Shown: one piece after another, positions 29,047 through 38,996 of the stretch
How the letters are laid out: every line of letters begins with the position of its first letter
Position numbering within the stretch: position 1 is the first letter of the stretch
Assembly (NCBI GenBank): GCA_048938385.1
Contig: JBHLMG010000001.1
Coordinates: 128,001-192,000 of the forward strand
Source of the DNA: Promethearchaeota archaeon
GTDB lineage: Archaea; Asgardarchaeota; Hermodarchaeia; Hermodarchaeales; Hermodarchaeaceae
Length of the DNA stretch: 64,000 nt
Reading direction: 5' to 3'
The notes under the pieces: model-generated
Told to the model about the DNA's origin: nothing
What the model saw: only the letters and a program-made list of their open reading frames with translations
Databases searched by the model: none
Position numbers and translations under genes: made by a program

Positions 29047-31278
29047 ATTAAACAGATTGCCAAACTACCCTTAGACCCCCGAATCAAGGACTATTTCTTA
29101 CACAAAGGCTTCTCGACGCTATACCCTCCCCAAGTCAAAGCCATCAAAGCCGGCGCCCTCGAGGGCGCGAACACCGTCTTGGCTATTCCCACCGCGTCGG
29201 GCAAAACGCTGATCGCTGAGTTCTGCATGCTCAAGTCTATACTTGAACAAGGTGGGAAGGCCCTCTATTTGACGCCCTTACGGGCCTTAGCGTCTGAGAA
29301 GTTTGAAGAATTCCAACCCTACGCTCAGCTTGGTGTAAATGTGGGAATCACCACCGGGGATTATGACACTGCGGATGAAAAGTATGGCGCTTATGATCTC
29401 CTTATCTGTACGAATGAACGCGCCGACTCCCTCCTGCGCCATCGCGCCAAATGGCTCTCCGACATTGCTATCGTTATCGCTGATGAAGTCCACCTCATCA
29501 ACGACCCAAGCCGCGGACCCACCCTCGAAGTGGTACTAGCCCGCCTTCGCCAAATTGCTCCACATGCCCAAATCCTCGCCTTAAGCGCCACCGTCAATAA
29601 CGCGCAAGAACTCGCCGATTGGCTCAAAGGCAAAGCCGTAATTAGCGATTGGCGTCCTGTGACTCTTCGTGAAGGTGTCTACCTCGAAGGAAAGGTCCTT
29701 TTCGGTGATGACAGCGAGGAAAACTACGCACCTGCTACTGCTTTTCCAATTGGCGACATCGTCCGTCGCGTGCTCAGACAAAAAGGACAGCTTCTTGCCT
29801 TTCTGAACACTCGTCGTTCCGCAGTTAGAACAGCGCAGAAACTAAGTTCAATCGTCGCACCACGCTTGAATCAATCCGAACAAAAGGAACTACAACGCCT
29901 CGCTGAGACGATCCTCCATTTAGGCGAAGTCACCCAGGTCACAGACACTCTTGCCCGACTCATCCGCGCCGGCGTAGCATTCCACCATGCTGGGCTCCGT
30001 TACGCCGAACGCAAACACATCGAAGACGCCTTCCGCAACAACCTCATCAAAGCCATCTGCGCCACACCGACCCTTTCGGCTGGCCTGAACCTTCCCGCCC
30101 GCGTCGTGGTCATTCAAGAATATCGGCGATTTGATCGAGTTGAAGGGTATCAACCGATTCCGGTGTTAGAATACAAGCAAATGGCCGGGCGGGCAGGACG
30201 ACCGAAATACGATAAGACGGGCACGGCGATTCTGCTGTCACGGAATGATGGGGAGCGCGACTTTTTGCTGGACTATTACATAATGGGAAGTCCGGAAAGC
30301 ATTATTTCCAAACTGGCGAGCGAATCAGCACTCCGTAGCCACGTCCTGTCCACCATTGCCATGCGGTACGCCTCGGATAAAGAAGGCATCATGGAGTTCA
30401 TTCGACAAACCTTCTTCGGGCATCAGCGCGATCCTGATGAAGTTGAATACATGATTGACCTCATCGTGAAATTTCTCAAAGACGAAAAACTCCTCGAACA
30501 ACGCGGGCGTCGCCTTGCGGCGACGAATTTTGGAAGACGCACTTCTCAACTGTACATCGATCCTAAATCCGCTGTCATTCTCCGTGATGGACTTGCTAAG
30601 GCTGCCAGCCATCAGGATCAAACATCCGATATTTCTTTCCTCCACCTTATCAGCCATACACCTGATATGACCTCACTCTATCTCCGACGGGGTGAGGATG
30701 AGCGCTTCCATGATTATGTTATCGAACACATCGACGAGTTTCTAACCCCTGTGCCCGATCCACGGTATCATCGGGATCGCTACGAGTTCTTTCTTGCAGA
30801 AGTGAAAACGGCGCTCTTAGCGAAGGCCTGGGTGGAAGAACTCCCCGAAGATCAACTCATTACCCAATTCAAAATTGGATCCGGTGATCTTTTACGACTC
30901 GTGGATACCCAAGCCTGGCTCCTTTACGCTTGCCGAGAAATTGCTCCTCTCTTTGGACACAAAGGTCTGGTTCCTGAGCTGGATGAACTCGAACTTCGCG
31001 TCCGATATGGAGTGAAACGGGAGCTAGCCGATCTGGTTGAACTTCAAGGCATCGGTCGAGTTCGAGCCCGGTTTCTCTTTCGCGCCGGCTTTATCTCGAA
31101 GCCGCGTATTCGTGAAGCTCCGATTTCAGAACTTGCATCGGTACCTGCAATCGGATTACAGATCGCTAAATCAATCAAGCAGCAATGTGGCGGTATCATT
31201 GACTCATCAGAAGAAGAACAAGCGTTAAAGGGAACACGCCGGTCTTCTACACGACACACTCAGCTCACTTTAGATTAA
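29047..31278 (+). CDS. hel308: Ski2-like DNA helicase Hel308/Hjm (probable ATT start)
   Basis: LYPPQ Q-motif upstream of the called TTG; PTASGKT, DEVH, FHHAGL, QMAGRAGRP, GIGRVRAR. Confidence 0.93.
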   Translation: MKQIAKLPLDPRIKDYFLHKGFSTLYPPQVKAIKAGALEGANTVLAIPTASGKTLIAEFCMLKSILEQGGKALYLTPLRALASEKFEEFQPYAQLGVNVGITTGDYDTADEKYGAYDLLICTNERADSLLRHRAKWLSDIAIVIADEVHLINDPSRGPTLEVVLARLRQIAPHAQILALSATVNNAQELADWLKGKAVISDWRPVTLREGVYLEGKVLFGDDSEENYAPATAFPIGDIVRRVLRQKGQLLAFLNTRRSAVRTAQKLSSIVAPRLNQSEQKELQRLAETILHLGEVTQVTDTLARLIRAGVAFHHAGLRYAERKHIEDAFRNNLIKAICATPTLSAGLNLPARVVVIQEYRRFDRVEGYQPIPVLEYKQMAGRAGRPKYDKTGTAILLSRNDGERDFLLDYYIMGSPESIISKLASESALRSHVLSTIAMRYASDKEGIMEFIRQTFFGHQRDPDEVEYMIDLIVKFLKDEKLLEQRGRRLAATNFGRRTSQLYIDPKSAVILRDGLAKAASHQDQTSDISFLHLISHTPDMTSLYLRRGEDERFHDYVIEHIDEFLTPVPDPRYHRDRYEFFLAEVKTALLAKAWVEELPEDQLITQFKIGSGDLLRLVDTQAWLLYACREIAPLFGHKGLVPELDELELRVRYGVKRELADLVELQGIGRVRARFLFRAGFISKPRIREAPISELASVPAIGLQIAKSIKQQCGGIIDSSEEEQALKGTRRSSTRHTQLTLD

Positions 31279-31298
31279 CCCATCATGAGGAGACGGTT

Positions 31299-32369
31299 AT
31301 GCCAACGGGGCTCTTCTATCACCCTGAAATGTTAAAACACGATATGGGCTTCGGACACCCAGAAAGCCCAGAACGACTCTCCGCAGTCATGGAGTATTTA
31401 CAAAAACAAAAGGCCATTGATGATAAGCACCTGATCTTGCTTAAACCCCCTGCGGTGGAGCTTTCTGATTTGGAACGCGTCCACCCGAAACACTACATCG
31501 ACTATGTACACACTTCCTCAGATCGTGGAGGTCGGTTTGATAATGACACAAGCGCGTCAAAGGGGTCATACAATGCCGCTCTGTTAGCTGCTGGTGCAGG
31601 CATCAGGGCATGGCGTGAAATTGAAGCAGGAAACATCGATAACGCATTCGCCCTCGTACGCCCTCCCGGACACCATGCGAATAGTCAGGCTGCACGCGGC
31701 TTTTGTTTGTTTAACAACATCTCAGTGCTAGCAAGGTACATAACCGCCACTCTCCCTGAAAGTCGCGTGTTCATCTTGGATATTGATGCTCACCATGGAA
31801 ATGGCACTCAGGAAATCCATTATGCTGAACCTGATGTTTTCTATCTTGGATTTCATCAAGATGGGCGAACATTATATCCTGGGTACTCAGGGTATTCCAA
31901 CGAAGTAGGAGAAGGTCCGGGTAAGGGCATGAATGTAAACCTTCCTCTCCCCCCTGGAACAACTGATCACACATTTCTCCGTGGGCTCTCAACACTCTTC
32001 CCTCCCCTCGTGAAGCAATACCAACCTACCGTGATTCTCGTGTCTGCTGGATTTGATGCCCACTTTCGAGATTACAACACAGATCTTCAGTTCACCACGA
32101 CGGGTTACCTCAAAGCTGCACAACTTGTTATGGAAATTGCCCAAAAACACTGTGATGGAAGGGTAGTCATGTTCTTAGAAGGAGGATACGATCTTCGGGC
32201 CCTCGCCGAGTCGATTTTCAACACTCTCACGGTTATGAGCGGTCATGGAAAACCCGTCCTTGAAAAGGCGCCTTATGAGGATCCCCGCATAGAGAAATAT
32301 GTCACCATGCTTCTGACCGAAACCAAGAAAATTCTCAGATCATGGTGGACTATAAACCTCTCACCCTGA
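31299..32369 (+). CDS. Histone deacetylase family protein
   Basis: HPESPERL, RPPGHHA, GFCLFNN, DAHHGNGTQ, EGGY. Confidence 0.93.
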   Translation: MPTGLFYHPEMLKHDMGFGHPESPERLSAVMEYLQKQKAIDDKHLILLKPPAVELSDLERVHPKHYIDYVHTSSDRGGRFDNDTSASKGSYNAALLAAGAGIRAWREIEAGNIDNAFALVRPPGHHANSQAARGFCLFNNISVLARYITATLPESRVFILDIDAHHGNGTQEIHYAEPDVFYLGFHQDGRTLYPGYSGYSNEVGEGPGKGMNVNLPLPPGTTDHTFLRGLSTLFPPLVKQYQPTVILVSAGFDAHFRDYNTDLQFTTTGYLKAAQLVMEIAQKHCDGRVVMFLEGGYDLRALAESIFNTLTVMSGHGKPVLEKAPYEDPRIEKYVTMLLTETKKILRSWWTINLSP

Positions 32370-32382
32370 ATCAAAAAGCGAA

Positions 32383-32515
32383 TGGTGGGCCGGCCGCGAT
32401 TTGAACGCGGGATCACCTGTTAAAGGGTTTGTTCGGTTAACAAACCACGCCCCAGGCAGGCATCATACCAATCTAGCCAAAGGCATCTGCCGGGTGGGAT
32501 CTAGACCACCGGCCC
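32383..32515 (-). tRNA. tRNA-Pro(GGG) with two 28-nt BHB introns (D-loop 32471-32498; 39/40 32420-32447)
   Basis: Removing both at the bulge cut sites gives a 77-nt cloverleaf with CCA. Confidence 0.9.
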
Positions 32516-32594
32516 ACGGGCTGCTCTCATAATTTCACATCCCCTTTTAACTTCTTTTCTTGCAACCCTCTCCCTAAACACCTTTCAGTTCAGT

Positions 32595-33596
32595 CTAGTC
32601 TTGGTGCTTGTCCTCAAGATAGCCTTCCTGATAATACCAGTTAATTGCTCGGGCAATTCCCTCACGCATAGTGATTTGAGGTGACCAATTCAGGAGGCGT
32701 TTCGCAGTCTCATTCGAAAACCACCGGTCTTCATCCATAGCTTGGATGGTTTTCACATGCCAGAGAAAAGTGGTTTTCCTTCGGTTTTTGTAAGGGCTTA
32801 AAAGACCAATACCCAGTTTTGCTAGGAATGTCGGTATTTTCCGGCGGGGCGGCTTCACTCCCAGCGTTTCGCCAAGGAATTCAAATAATTCATTATAAGT
32901 CATCGGGTCATCAACGCAGAGTATTATCGTTTGGTTTACCGGCGCATCCAAATCCACTGCAGCAAGGATGGCACGAACAACATCATCGATATGAACATAC
33001 ATGAGGTGCTTCTCTCCATCTCCGGGGAGTATGGGAATCTCTCTTTTGTTAACAGCTTCGATAGCTTCAAACGCTGTGTAAAGATCTCCTTCACCCATTA
33101 TACCCGTGGAACGGAGAATTACATGCTCAAGACCAGTATCACTCGAAACTTCTCGGACCATCTCTTCAGCACGCATCTTACTTTTTGAATAGTGAAATTG
33201 AGGTCGGAGCTCAGTTTCTTCAGTTCCCGGAGGATTTTTCACAGGACCGATGACCTCTGTCGTAGAAAGGTAAATGAACCGTCTAACCGAAGCTTCAACG
33301 CAAGCATTGAGAAGGTGTTGGGTGCCATCCACATTCACGCGATAAAGTAATTTTTTATCGCGAGGGTAAAAATCAAAATAAGCCGCTAGATGAATCACTA
33401 CTTCTTGCCCTTGAACCGCAGCGTGTAATGTTGGCTCATCGAGCATGTCCCCTTCGAACAAGTGAAGTTCTTTTGGAAGTCCTTCGAGATTACTCGTGGT
33501 ACGAACAAGCGCTGAAACATCGTGACCCGCTGAAATTAAACTCGAAACAAGTTTTCGTCCGACAAACCCCGTAGCACCCGTAACAAGAATTTTCAT
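32595..33596 (-). CDS. Extended SDR, NAD-dependent epimerase/dehydratase
   Basis: VTGATGFVG, HLAA, YSKSK. Confidence 0.9.
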   Translation of the reverse strand: MKILVTGATGFVGRKLVSSLISAGHDVSALVRTTSNLEGLPKELHLFEGDMLDEPTLHAAVQGQEVVIHLAAYFDFYPRDKKLLYRVNVDGTQHLLNACVEASVRRFIYLSTTEVIGPVKNPPGTEETELRPQFHYSKSKMRAEEMVREVSSDTGLEHVILRSTGIMGEGDLYTAFEAIEAVNKREIPILPGDGEKHLMYVHIDDVVRAILAAVDLDAPVNQTIILCVDDPMTYNELFEFLGETLGVKPPRRKIPTFLAKLGIGLLSPYKNRRKTTFLWHVKTIQAMDEDRWFSNETAKRLLNWSPQITMREGIARAINWYYQEGYLEDKHQD

Positions 33597-33639
33597 CGGT
33601 AATCCTTCCGGTTTTGTCCAAATTCATTTACATTTCAGC

Positions 33640-34203
33640 TTAGACATTCAGCTCTTTCACTGCTAAATCTTCGTAAATCGGTCCCCTTGGCGTTAAAGTG
33701 CTCTTTTTCAACTTTATATGTGTAACCTGGAATTTCCCGAAATCGTAATTCGCATGGTCTTGTACAACTTTCATAAGTTGTTCTCGATTTTCACCACTTT
33801 TCACTCGTGCAATGGTTAGGTGGGGGGAATATCTTCGAGACTCGACGGAAAATCCATTTCTTCTGAGCTGGTTGCCCAAAAATTTCTGATGCTGAACTAA
33901 GTGATCAGCTCCGATGCCACAACCAATCCAAACTACTCGTGGGCGTTGAGGGCGAAACGAACCCAAACCAACAAGTTCTACATCAAAAGGCTCACCCCTT
34001 ATTCCTTGTAGGATTTCTTCGAGCAGAGCGATTCTATCAGAGTCAACATTCCCCAGAAAGTGCAGGGTGAAATGCAGGTTCTCAGGTTCAACGAGTTTTA
34101 ACCTCGCACGGCTAGACGCTAGCTCGCGCTGTTTCTTCTGAATATTTCTCAACACATCAGGGTCATCCACTTCAACTGCGACGAATGCCCGGAGTTCAGG
34201 CAT
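33640..34203 (-). CDS. thpR: RNA 2',3'-cyclic phosphodiesterase (2H family)
   Basis: HFTL and PHLTIAR motifs; STLTPRGPIY. Confidence 0.93.
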   Translation of the reverse strand: MPELRAFVAVEVDDPDVLRNIQKKQRELASSRARLKLVEPENLHFTLHFLGNVDSDRIALLEEILQGIRGEPFDVELVGLGSFRPQRPRVVWIGCGIGADHLVQHQKFLGNQLRRNGFSVESRRYSPHLTIARVKSGENREQLMKVVQDHANYDFGKFQVTHIKLKKSTLTPRGPIYEDLAVKELNV

Positions 34204-34305
34204 CTCACATCATCTCCTGTATTATCTGCGTAAAGATATGGGATAACTTTATATCATTCTCCTTGCCCAAAACTCAAATGCTCGCTTTTGGGAGGCTCTG
34301 GTTAG

Positions 34306-35424
34306 TTGAAGACAAAGAAATCATCACGCTCACGTAAACCGCTGGCTGAAATTGCTCGAACCCCAAGTGATTCGCTAACCCAACAGATAGTCCCTGCTAA
34401 AGAAGTGGTTTTACGTCCAGCAGGTTATCCTCTTGAAGTTAACAACGCATCAGTAAACCCGCTACTCCGGATACGCGATGAGAAGCTCTTTAGTGCTTAT
34501 GCGGTTGATCAATGGCAGGGTATCAAAGTCAAAGTTGATGATTATCTCTTCGACCAACTACTGCTTCCTGATTTCGCCTTTGAAGTTGTGTCAGTAATTC
34601 CGGATGAAGCCCACATCGTTGCCGATACGCATATCCGTTTAATTGAACCTCCACAAGTTGCACCCAGTAAGGGGAAGGAAATCGGGTTTGATGATGTTAT
34701 TGGACACGACGATGCAAAAGCGAAATGCCTCATTATTCAGAAATACATGGCTGATCCCCTAAGGTTTGCAGATTGGGCTCCACGCCGTGTACTTTTCTAT
34801 GGACCACCAGGAACAGGCAAAACTATGCTAGCTCGTGCGTTGGCTTGGGAAACGCAAATCAAATTCTACTATGTTAAAGCCACTTCACTAATCGGACAAC
34901 ATGTGGGTGCAGGCGCCGATAAAGTCAACAAGCTATTCGAAAACTCCATTCAGAAAAAACCCTGCATTATCTTCATCGACGAAATCGACTCCATCGGCCT
35001 CGATCGTGGATTTCAATCGGTTCGCGGTGATGTCACAGAGGTTGTAAATTCCCTCATCTCCCAATTTGACCTCATTGAAGAACAAGAAGGCGTCGTCGTC
35101 ATCGCAGCAACGAATACTCGCGATTTCTTGGACCCCGCCCTACGAAGCCGCTTTGAAGAAGAAATTAATTTCCCACTTCCTGATTTCGACGAACGGCTTC
35201 AAATCTTGGAAAAATACAGCGCGACTCTACCAATGCCTGTAAAAACTGATTTAGAATCACTAGCACGGCAAACAGAAGGCTATTCGGGTCGTGATCTAAA
35301 AGATCGTGTACTGAAGGGAGCGCTACATCACGCTCTGGCGAAAGGGCTTGGAGCGTTGGACGAATCAACCTTTAAACACATCAAAGTCATCCGAACATCA
35401 AAGGAAAAGGGCTTGTACAAGTAG
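34306..35424 (+). CDS. Archaeal AAA+ ATPase (COG1223-like)
   Basis: LRPAGYP, WAPRRVLFYGPPGTGKT, RSRFEEEINF. Confidence 0.85.
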   Translation: MKTKKSSRSRKPLAEIARTPSDSLTQQIVPAKEVVLRPAGYPLEVNNASVNPLLRIRDEKLFSAYAVDQWQGIKVKVDDYLFDQLLLPDFAFEVVSVIPDEAHIVADTHIRLIEPPQVAPSKGKEIGFDDVIGHDDAKAKCLIIQKYMADPLRFADWAPRRVLFYGPPGTGKTMLARALAWETQIKFYYVKATSLIGQHVGAGADKVNKLFENSIQKKPCIIFIDEIDSIGLDRGFQSVRGDVTEVVNSLISQFDLIEEQEGVVVIAATNTRDFLDPALRSRFEEEINFPLPDFDERLQILEKYSATLPMPVKTDLESLARQTEGYSGRDLKDRVLKGALHHALAKGLGALDESTFKHIKVIRTSKEKGLYK

Positions 35425-35438
35425 TTCACCATCGTCTG

Positions 35439-36005
35439 GTGGTTATATTGCATGAAAAGAGTACCACCATCTTTTGTGGGATGCCAGGATCGGGAAAATC
35501 CATCGGAGCCACTGTGGCTCGAGAGTTACAAATTCCTGTTTTTGTAATGGGTGATGTGGTTCGCGAAGAAGTGACACGCCAAAAACTTCCGCATTCACCC
35601 CAAACGCTTGGTAGAATGATGCTCAAATTACGAGAAGAGTATGGACCAGCGGTGATAGCTCTAAGATGTATTGAAAAAATACTCCAAGAGCCAAGCCCTT
35701 GTGTGGTTGTAGATGGTGCAAGGAGTGAAGCAGAAATCAACGCTTTTAAAAAGATGTTAACTCCGGTCAAGGTTATAGCTGTTCACGCTTCTCCCCAAAT
35801 CCGGTTTGAACGGCTGCGAAAACGAGGTCGTGCAGACGATGCAATTACAAGAGAGCAATTCCTCGAAAGAGATGCTCGAGAACTCGATGTAGGATTAGGG
35901 CGTGTTATCGCACAAGCCGATGTTATGCTCATAAACGAAGGCGACTTGGACGCACTACAAGCACAAGTAAGACAAATTCTCAAATCTGACTTCGGTCTTG
36001 ACTAG
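35439..36005 (+). CDS. P-loop kinase, dephospho-CoA kinase-like (UPF0200)
   Basis: GMPGSGKS, MGDVVREE, RGRADD, RDAREL. Confidence 0.8.
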   Translation: MVILHEKSTTIFCGMPGSGKSIGATVARELQIPVFVMGDVVREEVTRQKLPHSPQTLGRMMLKLREEYGPAVIALRCIEKILQEPSPCVVVDGARSEAEINAFKKMLTPVKVIAVHASPQIRFERLRKRGRADDAITREQFLERDARELDVGLGRVIAQADVMLINEGDLDALQAQVRQILKSDFGLD

Positions 36006-36462
36006 CCAACTGGGGGAACAAGTAATAATCTCAGTTAATTTGTGGGCGAAGGTAAAACCGACAGAAGACATCGAAAAAGTCAAGCAAGCCTTTCTAAACC
36101 TCTGCCCTCCAGCAACTATCAAAGTTATTCAAAATAGCCACCAGGGCACGGTACTCGAAGGTCATGCAACCGGTGTTGAATCCATTTCTCAACTAGCGAA
36201 AAAATTTCGTGAACAACGAATCCTTCAGGCAGTTCGAAATCAGTTACTAGCAGCAGTGCAAGAAAACTCAATCATGTTTGGTATGCAACGCCAAGCCGCG
36301 TTCGCAAATCGCTTTCATCTCTGTGATTTAGACGATTACTCTGCGATGGGACCAATCCATGTGAAAATATCCGCTGACCACATAAGGGATGTCATTGACT
36401 ATATCAGTCCCCCAACAATGAAAGGAAAACCTCAATTCCAGAAAGGGCTTAAACTCGAATGA
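35998..36462 (+). CDS. UPF0201 RNA-binding protein
   Basis: PTEDIEKVKQA, QRILQAVR, QAAF, GPI. Confidence 0.8.
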   Translation: MTSQLGEQVIISVNLWAKVKPTEDIEKVKQAFLNLCPPATIKVIQNSHQGTVLEGHATGVESISQLAKKFREQRILQAVRNQLLAAVQENSIMFGMQRQAAFANRFHLCDLDDYSAMGPIHVKISADHIRDVIDYISPPTMKGKPQFQKGLKLE

Positions 36463-36508
36463 GCACACCTTCGATTTGGCTCTTTCTCAACCATAAACTG
36501 TTAGTGAG

Positions 36509-37414
36509 TTATTTACTAAATTGGTGTACTTCTAAATCCTTGGGAGCAAAGGTTCGAGGGAACACGCTTTGTGCTTCCTGAAGATGCAATTCAGGTGAAG
36601 CATATCGTGGACTAATGTGGACTAGAGCAAGCTGTTTTGCTTGAAGTTGAAGGGCAATTTGCGCTGCTTGTAGAGCGGTTGAGTGCAGAAATTCTGTGGC
36701 CCTCTCTTTATGCATCTCTATAAAGGTCGCATCATGAATCAGCAAATCAACCTTGTTAACAGACGAGGCTAACTTCGAATTTGGCGCTGTATCGCCTGTA
36801 TACACAACGATGAGACCTTTCCGAGAGGGTCCCACGACTTCCTTCGGAGTTACCCGTCTCCCCTCGGGAGTGATCACTGCTCGACCTTGTTGTAGGTCTT
36901 TACGAAGTGTCCCTGGTGGTACGCCTAAGTGGTTAGCTTTAGTCGGATAGAACCTTCCTGGAGTGTCAGCCATACGAAGAATGAAGGAAAGCGCAGGAAC
37001 GCTGTGTACGGCTGGGAGACATTCTACCGTATATTCTTCTTGTTCAGTGATTATACCGTTTCCAACTTCTCGAACTGTCAATTTAAATTCAATTTGTGCT
37101 TGGGTCAGCTCAAGAGAGTTCTCAATGAATTTGCTGATACCGGTTGGACCGAAAACAGACAGGGGCTTAGCTCGTTTTTGCATAGCCATTGTCGATACCA
37201 ACCCGGGAAGCCCTAGGACATGGTCGCCATGAAGGTGTGAAATGAAGATTTGAGTAATTCGCTGTGGACTTAACTTAGCTCGTTGTAGTTGAAGTTGGGT
37301 GCCTTCTCCGCAATCAAAAAGTAGAATTCTCCTTTTCAGATAGATAGCCACAGCTGGGAGTGTTCGTTCTAGTGAAGGAATTCCTCCACCTACGCCAAGG
37401 AAATAAACTTTCAT
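36509..37414 (-). CDS. rnz: Ribonuclease Z
   Basis: DCGEGTQ, SHLHGDH, exosite GVPPG, HST, HISPRY. Confidence 0.95.
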   Translation of the reverse strand: MKVYFLGVGGGIPSLERTLPAVAIYLKRRILLFDCGEGTQLQLQRAKLSPQRITQIFISHLHGDHVLGLPGLVSTMAMQKRAKPLSVFGPTGISKFIENSLELTQAQIEFKLTVREVGNGIITEQEEYTVECLPAVHSVPALSFILRMADTPGRFYPTKANHLGVPPGTLRKDLQQGRAVITPEGRRVTPKEVVGPSRKGLIVVYTGDTAPNSKLASSVNKVDLLIHDATFIEMHKERATEFLHSTALQAAQIALQLQAKQLALVHISPRYASPELHLQEAQSVFPRTFAPKDLEVHQFSK

Positions 37415-37418
37415 GGTC

Positions 37419-38477
37419 TTACTTCCGCTGCAATACTATGATGAAGCGTTTTAGACTTCGATGAATTCGCATCGAGTGCGTTTCCCTAATTCGAAATGCG
37501 TCTGAAGGTATAATTTCTTCTGTGAAATACTTGAAAGGCAACGCCACGCACAGGTACTTATTTGGTTTCAACACATCTGCAAGCGAGGTAAGGCTTGATT
37601 GAACGAGGCTCACAACCTTTGATCCCTTCGTCGAACTAGACCGTCCATAAGGCGGATCCGTTGCAATAGCGTCGACGAATCGATCTCTCAAGGGAGGGGC
37701 TCGGGCATCACCTAGCATTCCGTTAAATGTGAAATGGTAATGCTGCATATTTTGACCACAACCTGTAAGAATAGCTGGATCAATGTCTAGCCCAATAGGA
37801 ACACACCCTATATCTGCGGCTTCTAGCAGCAATCCTCCTGTCCCACAGAAGGGATCAAGAAATCGGCTTCCTGATGTAGCGTGGCTTAAATTTACCATCA
37901 CCCGAGCAATTTTCGGGTTGATTGCACTTGGAACGAAAAAGGGTCGAAGGGGGCTCCGTCGTTGAAATAATCCTACTCGATCGCGAAACGCTAGATGTGG
38001 ACCGAAATAAAAGCGGTCCCCCAAAATCACTCCCATGAAGAGAATGTCCGGGCTAGTGAGGTCAACTTTGACTTTTCCATTCAGAGCTTGCCAAATCGCT
38101 GAACCTATTACACTTTGAAGGGCATCAACATCAATTGGAGTTGATTCGCGTTCTACTCTCGTCACCTTAACACCGAAACGCGCACCGGGATGTAGCCATT
38201 GCGAAAAATCGACATCCTTCAGCGAACGAAGAATCTCCGATTCCTCTGTTGTTGACTCCATCACTACTATGCTAGCTTGGTTTACCAATCCGGCGCGTTC
38301 AACTGCGATTTTCGCTCCTCCTGGATCAACCTTTAGTAGCGCGCAGGGCTGTCTGTGCCACATAAATGTGAACGAAAAACCTTCGGACTCTAAAATTGCA
38401 GAAAGTTCAGCTTGAGGCAGAGTATCATGTTCCCCTGACAATATGAACAAACATGAATAAAGGGCCGTTTGCGTCAA
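37419..38477 (-). CDS. tRNA G10 methyltransferase (THUMP + SAM domain, Trm11/TrmG10)
   Basis: LSGEH, RPFF, DPFCGTGG, TDPPYGRSS, HRSL. Confidence 0.88.
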   Translation of the reverse strand: MTQTALYSCLFILSGEHDTLPQAELSAILESEGFSFTFMWHRQPCALLKVDPGGAKIAVERAGLVNQASIVVMESTTEESEILRSLKDVDFSQWLHPGARFGVKVTRVERESTPIDVDALQSVIGSAIWQALNGKVKVDLTSPDILFMGVILGDRFYFGPHLAFRDRVGLFQRRSPLRPFFVPSAINPKIARVMVNLSHATSGSRFLDPFCGTGGLLLEAADIGCVPIGLDIDPAILTGCGQNMQHYHFTFNGMLGDARAPPLRDRFVDAIATDPPYGRSSSTKGSKVVSLVQSSLTSLADVLKPNKYLCVALPFKYFTEEIIPSDAFRIRETHSMRIHRSLKRFIIVLQRK

Positions 38478-38932
38478 AGGTCCCCCTCCAGGTTCTTCAC
38501 CATAACAAACCCGTCTTCTCCCTCATAGAACCTATTTAGACGGCTTTTCACTTGGAAACCAAAACTTCGATACAACTGTTGAGCTGCTTGATTTGAAACT
38601 CTTACAACTAGAAGCGCTTCCTGACACCCTTTCTCTTCGAACGCTCTGAAAATCCGCATCATTAACTGTCGTCCTATACTTTGCCTTCGATACGGCTGAG
38701 CTACAGCAATTGAGTCTAAATGCCCTATTCGACGATTATTGGCTTCTTGATGAATAGATGCAATAATGTATCCGACAGTAGTTCCATCTTTACTAGCAAT
38801 AAAAAACAAGTCTGGGAAGAACTGAAAATAGATTTGGAAGGCTGCTTCATTCCAAGGAGCAGGAAAGGAATGAGTTTCGATTTGTAAGATCGCCTCTAAA
38901 TCCTCTTCAGTGGCAGCCCTAATGGTAACCAT
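38474..38932 (-). CDS. N-terminal acetyltransferase (Ard1/RimI-like GNAT)
   Basis: HLDSIAV..YRRQSIG, VRVSN..AQQLY, EDGFVM. Confidence 0.88.
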   Translation of the reverse strand: MVTIRAATEEDLEAILQIETHSFPAPWNEAAFQIYFQFFPDLFFIASKDGTTVGYIIASIHQEANNRRIGHLDSIAVAQPYRRQSIGRQLMMRIFRAFEEKGCQEALLVVRVSNQAAQQLYRSFGFQVKSRLNRFYEGEDGFVMVKNLEGDL

Positions 38933-38996
38933 TTGGCTATTCCTTCAAGGCAATACAAATATGAGTGTGTCTATTCGTAGAAGAGGGAGAAACTCC

